Program-made: the position numbers and the translations under genes
The notes under the pieces: generated by a model
Told to the model about the DNA's origin: nothing
What the model saw: the letters and a program-made list of their open reading frames with translations, nothing else
Database searches by the model: none
Assembly: GCA_963754315.1 (NCBI GenBank)
Contig: CAVWFS010000008.1
Location: 384,001-448,000 of the forward strand
Direction: 5' to 3'
DNA: 64,000 nucleotides
Origin: an uncultured Candidatus Rokubacteria bacterium
GTDB lineage: Bacteria; Methylomirabilota; Methylomirabilia; Rokubacteriales; CSP1-6
Shown: in pieces, positions 48,605 to 58,427 of the stretch
Numbering within the stretch: the first letter of the stretch is position 1
How the letters are laid out: each line of letters begins with the position of its first letter

Positions 48605-49822
48605 ATGCCCAGCGTGACCACGGACGAGCCGCTCCTCGCCGGCCTCACTGTCCTCGACTTCACGCGTGTCCTCGCCGGCCCGTATTGCACGCGGATGCTG
48701 GCCGACCTCGGCGCGCGCGTGATCAAGGTCGAGCGGCCGGGCGAGGGTGACGAGGTCCGGCGGGGTGTGCTCCAGCTGGAGGACGGCCGCGCCGATCAGG
48801 GGACCTATTTCGTCCGTATCAACGCCGGCAAGCTCGGTGTGGCCATCGATCTCACTGGCCCGCGCGGGCGTGAGGTGGTACGCGACATCGTCCGCGTGGC
48901 TGACGTCGTGGTCGAGAACTTCGTTCCCGGCGTGATGGCCCGACTTGGTTGCGACTACCGAGCGCTGTCCGAGGTCAAGGCCGATCTCGTCTACTGCTCG
49001 ATCTCCGGATTCGGCCAGAATGGTCCGCTCAGCGGGATGCAGGCATTCGCCCACATCATCAACGCGATTTCCGGAGTGATGGCGCTCGAGCGCGAGCCCA
49101 GTCCGCATCCGCGCGTAACCTATCTACAGGCAGCCGATGTGCTCGCCGGCACCCATGCCTTCGGAGCCATCCTGGCCGCGCTGCTCCGCCGATCGCGGAC
49201 GGGGCAGGGCGCTTACCTGGACGTTTCCATGCTCGAGTGTCTGGTGGCGGCCGAGGATGTCACCTACGGGAGCATCCTGAACGGCGGACCGGTTTCGGTG
49301 GGGCCCCGCGTCGGCATGGTGGTCCATCCCATTGGCGAAGGCTACCTCGCCCTGCAGACCGTGGGTGCACCGCAGCTGTGGCCTCGTCTGCTTCAGCTCA
49401 TCGGCCGACCGGAGCTCGCCGAAGATCCACAGTTCGCCACACCCGCCGCCCGGCGAGACAACTGGCCGACGCTCCGCGACATCATCACCGGCTGGCTCGG
49501 TCGGTTCGCGAAGGTCGACGAGGCGGTAGCGACCCTCACCGCAGCCCGCATCCCTGCCGTGCCGGTCCTGTCGCCGGAGGAAGTGGTCAACCATCCGCAC
49601 CTGGCCGCCCGCGGGGCCTTCCCGACGGTGCCTCATCCGGGGCGCGGCACGGTGCGGGTCACGGCGACGCCGTTCCACGTGGATGGCCGGCCGTCGAAAC
49701 CCGGTGGTCCCGCACCCTATCGGGTGGGCGAGCACACCAGGCAAGTCTTGCGCGATGTGCTCGGCTATGACCCGACTCGGATCGCGGAGCTCGAGCGGGC
49801 CGGTGTGATCCAGACCGCGTAG
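48605..49822 (+). CDS. Family III CoA transferase (CaiB/BaiF)
   Basis: LAGPYC..LADLGARVIKVE, ADVVVENF.PG, SISGFGQ, catalytic Asp in AADVLAG; TATAAT at 48581. Confidence 0.93.
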   Translation: MPSVTTDEPLLAGLTVLDFTRVLAGPYCTRMLADLGARVIKVERPGEGDEVRRGVLQLEDGRADQGTYFVRINAGKLGVAIDLTGPRGREVVRDIVRVADVVVENFVPGVMARLGCDYRALSEVKADLVYCSISGFGQNGPLSGMQAFAHIINAISGVMALEREPSPHPRVTYLQAADVLAGTHAFGAILAALLRRSRTGQGAYLDVSMLECLVAAEDVTYGSILNGGPVSVGPRVGMVVHPIGEGYLALQTVGAPQLWPRLLQLIGRPELAEDPQFATPAARRDNWPTLRDIITGWLGRFAKVDEAVATLTAARIPAVPVLSPEEVVNHPHLAARGAFPTVPHPGRGTVRVTATPFHVDGRPSKPGGPAPYRVGEHTRQVLRDVLGYDPTRIAELERAGVIQTA

Positions 49823-49836
49823 CACGGGAGAACGCA

Positions 49837-50625
49837 ATGCCGGTCGCAGCTGATTACCTCGTCCGACTCTTTGGCCTGGAAGGGCAGGTGGCGTTCATCA
49901 CCGGCGGCGGCGGCGCCATCGGGGCGGCCACGGCCCGTGCTTACGCGCGCGCCGGCGCCGCGGTGGTCCTGGCCGACAAGGCCCAGGGGGCGGCGGAGCG
50001 AGTGGCCGACGACGTGAAGGCGCTGGGGGGCCAGGTCCTGGCCCTGAGCGTGGACGTGACGCAGGAGCGATCGGTGCAGGCAGCCGTGAAGGAGGCGACC
50101 CGCCAGTTCGACAACGTCGACATCCTCGTGAACAACGCGGGCATCAACATCCGGAAGCCGCCTCAGGAATTGACCGCGGAGGACTGGCAGACGGTTATGA
50201 ACGTCAACGTCACCGGCTACTTTCTCTGCGCGCGCGCGGTTGGGCCGGGCATGCTCGCGCGCAAGTCGGGACGCATCATCAACGTGGCCTCCATCATGGG
50301 GTTCCGCGGCAGCTCCATCACCACCAACCTGGCCTACAACACCTCCAAGGGGGCGGTGGTGAACTTCACTCGTACCTTGGCCGGTGAGTGGGCGCCCCAC
50401 GGTGTCCGCGTCAACGGAATCGCGCCAACCTACCTGCTGACCCCGCTTACCGAGAAGCTACTCTCCGATCCAGCTGTCCACGCGAAAATCGTGGCGCGCA
50501 CGCCCATGGGCACGGTGGGGGAGCCCGAGGATCTGGTCGGAGCCATGCTATTTCTCGGCTCTCATGCCTCCCGCCTCGTGACCGGACACATCATGGCAGT
50601 GGACGGCGGCTGGCTCGCCTGGTAG
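49837..50625 (+). CDS. SDR oxidoreductase (gluconate 5-dehydrogenase/KduD-like)
   Basis: TGGGGAIG, NNAG, YNTSK, VDGGW. Confidence 0.9.
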   Translation: MPVAADYLVRLFGLEGQVAFITGGGGAIGAATARAYARAGAAVVLADKAQGAAERVADDVKALGGQVLALSVDVTQERSVQAAVKEATRQFDNVDILVNNAGINIRKPPQELTAEDWQTVMNVNVTGYFLCARAVGPGMLARKSGRIINVASIMGFRGSSITTNLAYNTSKGAVVNFTRTLAGEWAPHGVRVNGIAPTYLLTPLTEKLLSDPAVHAKIVARTPMGTVGEPEDLVGAMLFLGSHASRLVTGHIMAVDGGWLAW

Positions 50626-50685
50626 CGGTCCAGGTTCTCAGGAGGTGGGAAGGCAGCTAACATCGGGTGGACCAAGGAGGAGACC

Positions 50686-51435
50686 ATGAGACTGGCGAAC
50701 AAGGTAGCGCTCATCAGCGGGGGCGCGAGCGGCATGGGACGCAGCGAGGCGACCATCTTCGCCCAGGAGGGCGCCAGAGTCGCCATCGGGGACATTCTCG
50801 AAGCGGAGGGGCGCGACGTCGTCGATCACATCACCAAGGCTGGCGGCCAAGCTCGCTTCGTCAAGCTCGACGTCACCAGCGAAGCCTCGTGGCAAGCCGC
50901 GGTACAAGCGGCGGTGACGGCGTTCGGCAAGCTCGACATCCTGGTGAACAACGCCGGGATCAGCGGCTCCGGCCCCGACACCATGAGCGTGACGGTCTGG
51001 GATACGGTCATGGATATCAACGCCAAGGGCGTCTTTCTGGGGATGAAGTACGCAATTCCCGCCATGCAGCGGGCCGGGGGAGGGGCGATCGTCAACATCT
51101 CGTCGATTTCCGGCTTCGTCGGCCAAAACCGTATTCATATGGCCTACAACGCCTCCAAGGGCGCCGTGCGCATCATGACCAAGTCGGCTGCCGTGCAGTA
51201 TGCCGAGGCCGGCATCCGCGTGAACTCGGTGCATCCGGGAGTCATGCCGCCCATGCGCACCTCGCAAGCCTCGGCCGATCCCGAATGGCGCGCGAAGATG
51301 CTACGGGCCGTACCCCTGAGGCGGGAGGGGCGAGTGGAAGAAGTCGCCAACGCCGTGCTGTTCCTGGCCTCGGACGAGGCCTCGTACATCACGGGAACCG
51401 AACTGGTCGTCGACGGCGGCCTCCTGGCCGTGTAG
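50686..51435 (+). CDS. SDR oxidoreductase (hydroxysteroid/cyclic alcohol dehydrogenase-like)
   Basis: SGGASGMG, NNAG, YNASK, RVNSVHPG. Confidence 0.9.
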   Translation: MRLANKVALISGGASGMGRSEATIFAQEGARVAIGDILEAEGRDVVDHITKAGGQARFVKLDVTSEASWQAAVQAAVTAFGKLDILVNNAGISGSGPDTMSVTVWDTVMDINAKGVFLGMKYAIPAMQRAGGGAIVNISSISGFVGQNRIHMAYNASKGAVRIMTKSAAVQYAEAGIRVNSVHPGVMPPMRTSQASADPEWRAKMLRAVPLRREGRVEEVANAVLFLASDEASYITGTELVVDGGLLAV

Positions 51436-51448
51436 AGGAGACGAGAGC

Positions 51449-52054
51449 ATGCGGCATGCGCAATTGAGCGTTGTCCTCATGGGGGCCATGGTGCTGGCGG
51501 CCTGTTCCACGACGGCGTTTCATTCGACCTGGAAGGCGCCCAACGCCAAGCCGGTATCAGGAAGCGGCGAGAAGGTCATCGCGCTGGTGGCCAGCACGAA
51601 CCAGGCGTCGCGCCGTGCCGGTGAGGATGCCCTGGCCCGCGAGCTCACCAAGCGCGGCGCCGTGGGTATCCCGGCCTACACCGTTCTTGGCGACATCGAT
51701 CTCAAGAATGAAGGGCAGGTCAAGCAGGCCTTCGAGAAGGCGGGCGCCGCGGGCGTGGTGGTGCTCCGTCCCGTCGCCAAGGAGAAGGAGGTCTACTCGA
51801 CACCGTCCGTGTATATGGGGCCCTCCTATGGAACGTTCTGGGGCGGCTACTACGCGGGCGCGTATAGCGCCCCGCAGGTGCACACCAACACGATCGTGAC
51901 CGTCGAGACCCTCGTCTACTCGCTCCGGCAGAACAGGCTCGTGTGGGCAGGGGAGAGCCGCACGACGAATCCCTCGAACGTGGATGCATTCGTTCAGGAA
52001 CTGGTGGCGGAGGCGGCCGAGGCCATGAAGAAGCAAGGCGTGCTCGCTAACTGA
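51449..52054 (+). CDS. Hypothetical lipoprotein (DUF4136-like)
   Basis: Lipobox LAAC; Tyr/Gly-rich loop; ETLVYSL..LVW. Confidence 0.75.
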   Translation: MRHAQLSVVLMGAMVLAACSTTAFHSTWKAPNAKPVSGSGEKVIALVASTNQASRRAGEDALARELTKRGAVGIPAYTVLGDIDLKNEGQVKQAFEKAGAAGVVVLRPVAKEKEVYSTPSVYMGPSYGTFWGGYYAGAYSAPQVHTNTIVTVETLVYSLRQNRLVWAGESRTTNPSNVDAFVQELVAEAAEAMKKQGVLAN

Positions 52055-52092
52055 GCACGCGCGTCGTTCGCGAGACAAAGGAGCCCGTGAGC

Positions 52093-52923
52093 ATGGACAT
52101 CGTCGATTCGCAGGTACACATCTGGGGGGCCGATACCCCTGCGCGGCCCTGGCCGGCTGGACGCGGGCCGGAAGCGCAGAAGCCCTATCCGATCAGCAAG
52201 GAGGCGCTGCTCTTCCAGATGGATCTGGCCAAGGTCAAGGGTGTGGTACTGGTGCCGCCCTCGTGGGAAGGGGATCGCAACGACCTCGCGCTCGAGGCAG
52301 CGCGGGTCTACCCCGACCGGTTCGCCGTCATGGGTCGACTCGCCTTGCAGAATCCCGAAAGCCGCACGCTGGTGACCGACTGGAAGAAGCAGCCTGGCAT
52401 GCTTGGCATGCGCTTCACCTTTCACAACGAGCACAATCGCCACTTCCTCACGGACGGCTCGGCCGACTGGCTGTGGCCCGCCGCGGAGCGGGCCGGGATT
52501 CCACTCATGGTTCTGGTACCGGGAGCGCTCGAATTGCTCGATCGGATTGCCGGGCAGCATCCTGGCCTCAAGCTGGTGATCGATCACGTCGGACTCAACG
52601 TCCGGGGCAAGGGCCCGAAAGTGTTCGAGGATCTATCAGCCGTCTGCGCGCTGGCCAAGCATGCGAACGTCGCCGTCAAGGCGTCAGGGATGCCATCGCT
52701 GTCGACCGAAGCGTACCCCTTCCGTGACCTGCACCGGCACATCCGGACCCTGGTCGAAGCCTTTGGTCCTCGTCGTACGTTCTGGGGTACCGATCTGACC
52801 CGCATGCCGTGCACCTACTACGAGTGCATCACGCTCTTCACCGAGCACCTGCCGTGGCTGCAGGGCGAAGACCTCGAGTGGGTGATGGGTCGCGGTGTGC
52901 GCGAGTGGCTCGGGTGGCGGTGA
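52093..52923 (+). CDS. Amidohydrolase family 2
   Basis: IVDSQVHIW, LVPPSWEG, VIDHVG, FGPRRTFWGTD. Confidence 0.9.
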   Translation: MDIVDSQVHIWGADTPARPWPAGRGPEAQKPYPISKEALLFQMDLAKVKGVVLVPPSWEGDRNDLALEAARVYPDRFAVMGRLALQNPESRTLVTDWKKQPGMLGMRFTFHNEHNRHFLTDGSADWLWPAAERAGIPLMVLVPGALELLDRIAGQHPGLKLVIDHVGLNVRGKGPKVFEDLSAVCALAKHANVAVKASGMPSLSTEAYPFRDLHRHIRTLVEAFGPRRTFWGTDLTRMPCTYYECITLFTEHLPWLQGEDLEWVMGRGVREWLGWR

Positions 52924-53690
52924 TGGACTTCGAGTCGGTCCTGACGGGGTTCGCGGCCCTTGACGAGGACGAGCTGATGCGCCCCTGGTCCTGGGGGGGC
53001 CGGCCCCTTGACGTCCGATACGCTCTCTATCGCGCGCTGGAGGAAGCACAGGAGGCACACGTCCACGCGGTGGCCAACCCGCATCCGGAATCGCGGCGCA
53101 TCCTGGCTCTCGCCCAGCGTGCCTTCGGTGACCTGCGTGGCTTGCTCGTCGGGCTGCAGGAGGACCTGCTCGCCAGCGCGCCATCCCGGGGGGTGTGGTC
53201 GGTACGAGAAGTCGTCGCGCATATGATTCTCGTGGAGCAGCGGTATGCGCTGCACACCCTCTACGCCGTTGAGCGATCGGACGCCGAGCCTGTGCGCTTG
53301 CCCGATGCCCGCCTGCCGCCCCTCGCCCCGAGTGACGACGGGGGCTCGGTCGGCGAGATTCTGGCGCGGCTGGGGACGGCGCGAGCCGAGACGAACCGTC
53401 GACTCGACAACGTGCGCGTGGAGGCCATGACCCGGCCGACAATATGGTCCGGTTGTGACGTCGACGTGCGGTTTCGCCTTCATCGTTTCGGAGCTCATGT
53501 TGTTGAGCACACGATTCAGTGCGAGAAGACACTGGCGGCTCTCGGTTGGCGCCCCCCCGAAGGGCGGAGAATCGTGCGGTGCATCACGGCGGCGCTCGGC
53601 GAGGTCGAGGGCCTGGGGGCGGTGACCGAGGCCCGCGCTATCGGAGCACGGCTGGCCGAGCGCTTTGCCTCCGTGACTGCCGCCGTTTGA
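52923..53690 (+). CDS. DinB family protein
   Basis: TGATG coupling to the upstream gene; WSVREVVAH and HVVEH metal-type motifs. Confidence 0.82.
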   Translation: MDFESVLTGFAALDEDELMRPWSWGGRPLDVRYALYRALEEAQEAHVHAVANPHPESRRILALAQRAFGDLRGLLVGLQEDLLASAPSRGVWSVREVVAHMILVEQRYALHTLYAVERSDAEPVRLPDARLPPLAPSDDGGSVGEILARLGTARAETNRRLDNVRVEAMTRPTIWSGCDVDVRFRLHRFGAHVVEHTIQCEKTLAALGWRPPEGRRIVRCITAALGEVEGLGAVTEARAIGARLAERFASVTAAV

Positions 53691-53716
53691 CAATGGCGGA
53701 TTTTCAGGCGTAGTGT
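53687..53716 (+). promoter_or_regulatory. Putative sigma70 promoter of the serine hydrolase gene
   Basis: TTGACA-N18-TAGTGT; SD ggaggt downstream. Confidence 0.5.
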
Positions 53717-53753
53717 CCGCCCGGCTGTTCGCAGCCGTCCCGGGAGGTGTGTG

Positions 53754-55028
53754 ATGAAGCGGTTGGTAGCTCTCCTCACATTGGCGAGTGTCCTCTTTCT
53801 TACCGGCGCCGCCTGGGCGCAAGGCCTGCCCACCGCCAAGCCCGAGGAGGTCGGGATCTCGTCGGAGCGCCTCCAGCGCGTCAGCCGTGCGCTACGTAGC
53901 GAGATTGATGCCGGGAAGATCCCGGGGGCGGTGGCGCTCGTGGCGCGCAAGGGTCGTGTTGTGTACTTCGAGAGCTTTGGCGTACGCGACAAGGCCGTCG
54001 GTGATCCGATGCCCAAGGACGCTATCTTCCGCCTCTACTCCATGACCAAGCCGTTCACGTCGGTGGCGGCCATGATGCTCATGGAAGAGGGCAAGTTCCT
54101 CCTCACCGATCCGGTGTCGAAGTTCCTGCCGCAACTGGCGAAGCGAGAAGTGAACACCCAGCGACTCGACCCGGCGACGGGGAAAGTCACCTACGTATTG
54201 GTGCCGGCCGATCGCGAGATGACGATCCAGGACCTCCTCCGCCACACCTCGGGACTGGTCTACGGAACCTTCACGCCCAACGAGCGGATCAAGGAACTCT
54301 ACGCGAAAGAGGGAGTGGCCTGGGAGAATCTCACGCCGGAGGAGCAGATCCAGCGACTGGCCAAGGTTCCGCTGGCACACCAACCCGGAACGACCTGGGA
54401 GTACAGCTTCTCGACGGATGTGCTGGGCCGCGTGATCGAGAAGGTGTCCGGTGCGACCCTCGGCCGGTTCCTCGACGAACGCCTCTTCGGTCCGCTGAAG
54501 ATGTCCGACACCTCATTCGTGGTGTCCGCTGACAAGCTTGGTCGCCTCGCCCAGCCGCTCGCGGTAGAGCCAAGCACGGGGCAGCCGATCAAGCTGGTCG
54601 ATGTGACCGTGACGCCGAAGAACGACGCCGGCGGCGCCGGGACCGCCGGAACGGTAGGCGACTACGCCCGGTTCGCCCAGATGCTGCTCAACGGTGGCCA
54701 GCTCGAGGGCAATCGCCTGCTGAGCCCGACCACCGTTACCTATATGACCTCTGATCATCTCGGAAGCATGACGATCGTCCCGCTCGGCGGCGTGGGGACC
54801 GGCTACGGCTTCGGGCTCGGGTTCGCGGTGCGAAAGGATCCGGGCATCGCTGGTGTCTCGGGACCGGTGGGCGAGTACCGCTGGGGTGGGGCGGCGGGGA
54901 CGGCCTTCTGGGTCGATCCCAAGGACGAGATGATCAGCGTGCTGATGACGCAGGGCGCGCCTGGTCCCGCTCGCGGGCAGACGAACACGCTGTTCCGGCA
55001 GATGGTTCGCCAGGCGATCGTCGAGTAA
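53754..55028 (+). CDS. Exported serine hydrolase (beta-lactamase class C/esterase fold)
   Basis: Signal peptide; SMTK, LLRHTSG, WEYS, WGGAAGT. Confidence 0.92.
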   Translation: MKRLVALLTLASVLFLTGAAWAQGLPTAKPEEVGISSERLQRVSRALRSEIDAGKIPGAVALVARKGRVVYFESFGVRDKAVGDPMPKDAIFRLYSMTKPFTSVAAMMLMEEGKFLLTDPVSKFLPQLAKREVNTQRLDPATGKVTYVLVPADREMTIQDLLRHTSGLVYGTFTPNERIKELYAKEGVAWENLTPEEQIQRLAKVPLAHQPGTTWEYSFSTDVLGRVIEKVSGATLGRFLDERLFGPLKMSDTSFVVSADKLGRLAQPLAVEPSTGQPIKLVDVTVTPKNDAGGAGTAGTVGDYARFAQMLLNGGQLEGNRLLSPTTVTYMTSDHLGSMTIVPLGGVGTGYGFGLGFAVRKDPGIAGVSGPVGEYRWGGAAGTAFWVDPKDEMISVLMTQGAPGPARGQTNTLFRQMVRQAIVE

Positions 55029-55081
55029 GCCTGGGGGCCCGGCGGGCACCACCGCGGCCGCTGCCGAGACTGCGGCGAAGC

Positions 55082-56503
55082 TCAGCTCGGGCGGAGCGCT
55101 CCGTGGTCGGCCAGCACGTGCGCGACGCAGGCAGTGACTTTCACGCCCGTCGGTAGATCGATGAACTCGTTGGGGCCGTGAGCGTTGGACCCGGGGCCCA
55201 TCACACCCGTCACCAGGAATTGAGCGTCCGGGAACCGCTCGCCGAGCATGCTCATGAAGGGGATGGAGCCTCCGAGGCCGTCAAACATCGCCGGCGCCCC
55301 GAAATAGGCATCGGAGGCGCGGGTGACTGCGCCACGTAACCAGTCGGCCATCGGAGGCGCGTTCCACCCGCTACCTGGGCGCTCGCTGCTCGTGAACGTC
55401 ACCCGCGCTCCGTAGGGCGGGTCGGCTTCCAGCACGTCCTTCACGCGGCGCGCGGCGCGGGCCGCGTCGACGGTGGGGGGCAGACGCAAGGACAGCTTCA
55501 CGGACGTCTGCGGCCGCAGTACGTTGCCGCCATCGGCCAGTGACGGGATGCCGTCGGCGCCGGTGACGGCCAGCGCGGGGCGCCACGTGTTGTTGAGCAG
55601 CGCCTCCACCGGGTCGTGGGTCACCGCGCGCATGCCCTCCACGAACGGAAAGCGCCGCCAGACGTCCTCGCCCAGGACGGCCGCCACCGCGCGTACCTCT
55701 CGCAACCGATCGGGCGGAATCTCGGCATGGCATTCGGACACAAGGATCTCGCCGGTGCGGTCATTCTCCAGCCGGCCCAGCACCTGACGCAAGATGCGAA
55801 AGCTCGAAGGAACGATGCCGCTGGCAGCGCCGGAGTGCACGCCCTCGCCAAGCACTTCAACGGTCAGCGTCCCGCTCAGCAAGCCGCGGAGTGATGTCGT
55901 CGTCCACAGGTGGTCGTAGTCGCCGCAGCCCGAGTCGAGGCAGACGACGAGGTCCGGCCGGATGCGATCGGCGAGCTTGTCCACATAGGCGGGCAGGTCG
56001 GGACTGCCGCTTTCCTCGGACGCTTCGATCAGGATCACGCAGCGCGCGTGTGGAACCCCCTGGGCCTGGAGCGTCTCGATGGCGGTGAGCGCGGCGAATG
56101 CGGCGTAGCCGTCGTCACCGGCGCCCCGACCGAACAGCCGATTGCCCCGGCGCACGGGAGTCCACGGGCCCCCATCGTCGGCCCAGCCGACCATCTCCGG
56201 CTGCTTGTCACAATGCCCATAGAGCAGGACAGTCTCGCCACCTGTGCCCGGCACCTCCATCAGGATGACGGGCGTGCGGCCGTCGAGGCGGACCACCTCG
56301 ATCGTCAATCCCTCGAGCTTTCGCCGCCGGGCCCAGTCGGTGATGAGGGCCACCGCGCGGTCGATGTGGCCGTGCTCGGCCCACTTGGTGTCGTACAAGG
56401 GGGACTTGGCGGGAATTCGGATGTACTCGGTGAGAGTGGGAACGATATCGGCATCCCAGACCCGCTGAACGAAGGCGCGTGTGCGGTCGCGATCGATAGT
56501 CAT
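55082..56503 (-). CDS. M20 family metallopeptidase
   Basis: YGHCDKQP, GRGAGDDG, EESGS, CLDSG, NAHGPNE. Start set at ATG 56503. Confidence 0.93.
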   Translation of the reverse strand: MTIDRDRTRAFVQRVWDADIVPTLTEYIRIPAKSPLYDTKWAEHGHIDRAVALITDWARRRKLEGLTIEVVRLDGRTPVILMEVPGTGGETVLLYGHCDKQPEMVGWADDGGPWTPVRRGNRLFGRGAGDDGYAAFAALTAIETLQAQGVPHARCVILIEASEESGSPDLPAYVDKLADRIRPDLVVCLDSGCGDYDHLWTTTSLRGLLSGTLTVEVLGEGVHSGAASGIVPSSFRILRQVLGRLENDRTGEILVSECHAEIPPDRLREVRAVAAVLGEDVWRRFPFVEGMRAVTHDPVEALLNNTWRPALAVTGADGIPSLADGGNVLRPQTSVKLSLRLPPTVDAARAARRVKDVLEADPPYGARVTFTSSERPGSGWNAPPMADWLRGAVTRASDAYFGAPAMFDGLGGSIPFMSMLGERFPDAQFLVTGVMGPGSNAHGPNEFIDLPTGVKVTACVAHVLADHGALRPS

Positions 56504-56553
56504 GGGCCCCATAGTATCCATGATCGGGACCCGTGTCCCGGTGGGCAGCCCGC

Positions 56554-57144
56554 TCAGGGCAGAAGATCTGCGACGAGGATCGAGCGCTGGGGTGTGATCA
56601 GGGGTTCGATGACCGCCGGCGGACGCAACGTCTGCACGCGATCGTAGCGCCAGCCGCACGGGGCGTCCCCGCACGCGACAGGCTGCCGGTGAACCTCGAG
56701 TGTGTCGTGGGCCAGATCGACGATCCAGTACTCGGTGATGGCAGCGCGGGCATAGAGGCTCGCCTTGTAATCGTGGTCGATCCTGTAGGAGCCCTCCGAG
56801 ACCTCGACGACGAGCAGAGCACGCGACGGATGCGCGTCGCGGTAGGCGCCCGGATCGCGTGGCACCACGGCAACGTCCGGCTCGGGCTCCGAGGTGTCGT
56901 CGAGGGCAATCGGAAGTTGCGAGTCGATCTGCCACTGCTCACCAAGAGCGTTGCGCAGAGCGGCGAGCACTCGTCGGATGGCCGCCGCGTGACGACTGCC
57001 CTGCGGTTCCCGCACCAGCAGAAGACCGTCGATCAGCTCCAGATGCTCGCCGGGTTCGAAGACGTGCAGGTCCACGAGGCGCTCATACTCAGCGCGGGTC
57101 CACCGTCGCGCTTCTCGGGGAAGAACGACGACGTTGGCCTCCAT
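56554..57144 (-). CDS. Uma2 family (PD-(D/E)XK) putative endonuclease
   Basis: ELIDG, EPEPDVAVV, LVVEVS, K..LYARA.I.EYWIVD. Confidence 0.9.
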   Translation of the reverse strand: MEANVVVLPREARRWTRAEYERLVDLHVFEPGEHLELIDGLLLVREPQGSRHAAAIRRVLAALRNALGEQWQIDSQLPIALDDTSEPEPDVAVVPRDPGAYRDAHPSRALLVVEVSEGSYRIDHDYKASLYARAAITEYWIVDLAHDTLEVHRQPVACGDAPCGWRYDRVQTLRPPAVIEPLITPQRSILVADLLP

Positions 57145-57292
57145 GCTGGGGAGCCTAGCCGGCCCTCGCGCGTTGGTCAACGTACGCAAACCGATACAGC
57201 GCGCTGCGGGCCGCCTCCCCCGGGGGCCTTGTGGCCTGGGTCGTCGATGACGTAGCCTCCTGTCCATACACCTGCCGGAAAGGACAACAAGC

Positions 57293-57667
57293 ATGCCGAA
57301 GATCTGGCGCGTTTTCAGCGGTACGGACGGGCAGTCGCACATCGCCGAGGTGCCGCTGACCATGAAGCCCTTTGTCGACGTCGAAGGCGCCCATGGGGAG
57401 GGCACCCCGACCCAGCCGGCGACGAGTATCGCCTTTCGTGTCTCCCCTCCGGGCTACGTGCTGAGCTGGCACTGTGCGCCCCGGCGGCAGTATTCCATCT
57501 CGCTGTCGGGAACGGCCGAGATCGAGGTCGGCGACGGGACGGTTGCCCGCGTCGGGCCGGGCGACGTGGTGCTGGCCGAGGATTTGACCGGTCAGGGCCA
57601 CGTGACCCGCGTCGTAGGGGATCAACCGAGGTTCTACGCGATCGTCCCGCTTGCCGAGGGCCACTGA
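57293..57667 (+). CDS. Cupin-like hypothetical protein
   Basis: DGQSH, WHCAPRRQY..LSG..E, GPGDVVLAEDLTGQGH. Confidence 0.8.
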   Translation: MPKIWRVFSGTDGQSHIAEVPLTMKPFVDVEGAHGEGTPTQPATSIAFRVSPPGYVLSWHCAPRRQYSISLSGTAEIEVGDGTVARVGPGDVVLAEDLTGQGHVTRVVGDQPRFYAIVPLAEGH

Positions 57668-57778
57668 GCGCGGCCCGCCCTGCGTCGGTATCCGTCGGCG
57701 AGTTGCGCCCCTCGTGAGGGGTGGTCTATGATTCGCCCGCCTCTGGTCTGACCTGTCTATCTACGCCGGGAGGAACCG

Positions 57779-58418
57779 ATGATCCCAAGGTTGCTCGTGA
57801 TCGTGCTCGGGGTGCTGCTGCTGACCGGGCTCCCCGGGTCCGTGCTCGCCCAGAAGAAGACTCTCACCGTGGCCCTGAACCAGGACCCCGATGTTCTCGA
57901 TCCTACTCTTTCGCGCACGTATGTCGGGCGGATCGTGTTCGCGCAGATGTGCGAGAAGCTGTACGAGATCGACGAGCAGCTGCGCATCTCTCCTCAGCTG
58001 GCGGCGGGCATGCCGGTCGTCAGCGACGGCGGCCGCACGGTGACCATCAAGGTCCGTCCCGGCGTGAAGTTCAATGATGGGACGGCGCTCACGGCGGAGG
58101 CCGTACGCGCCTCGCTGGACCGACACCGGACCATGCCGGGCTCCAACCGGCGCAGCGAGCTGGAGTCGGTGACCGCGGTCGAGGTCGTGGATCCACTTAC
58201 CGTGCGCCTGCGCCTCAAGGCGCCCTTCTCACCCCTGACCGCCCAGCTCGCCGACCGGGCTGGCATGCCCGTGTCGCCGGCGGCGGTCCAGAAGCTCGGC
58301 GAGAAGTTCGGGACGGCGCCAGTCTGCGTGGGACCGTGGCAGTTCGTCGAGCGCGTGGCCCAGGACCGGATCGTCGTCGAGAAGTCGCCTCGACCTGCTC
58401 GACCCGCGGGAATACTGA
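57779..58418 (+). pseudogene. Truncated family-5 ABC SBP joined to the C-terminal tail of a DppC/OppC-type permease
   Basis: SBP homology (LDPT, PQLA, GVKFNDG, PVCVGPW) ends at about codon 204 (58390). 58389-58418 reads LDLLDPREY*, resembling the permease GLRDxLDPR terminus. Confidence 0.78.
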
Positions 58419-58427
58419 GTCGGCGGG

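Noticed and set aside
53754..55028. Beta-lactam resistance gene
   Set aside because: SxxK fold is present, but with YS and WGG instead of YxN and KTG; typical of esterase-type serine hydrolases.
56554..57144. Defence or restriction system around Uma2
   Set aside because: Solitary Uma2 gene with no methylase or other defence genes adjacent.
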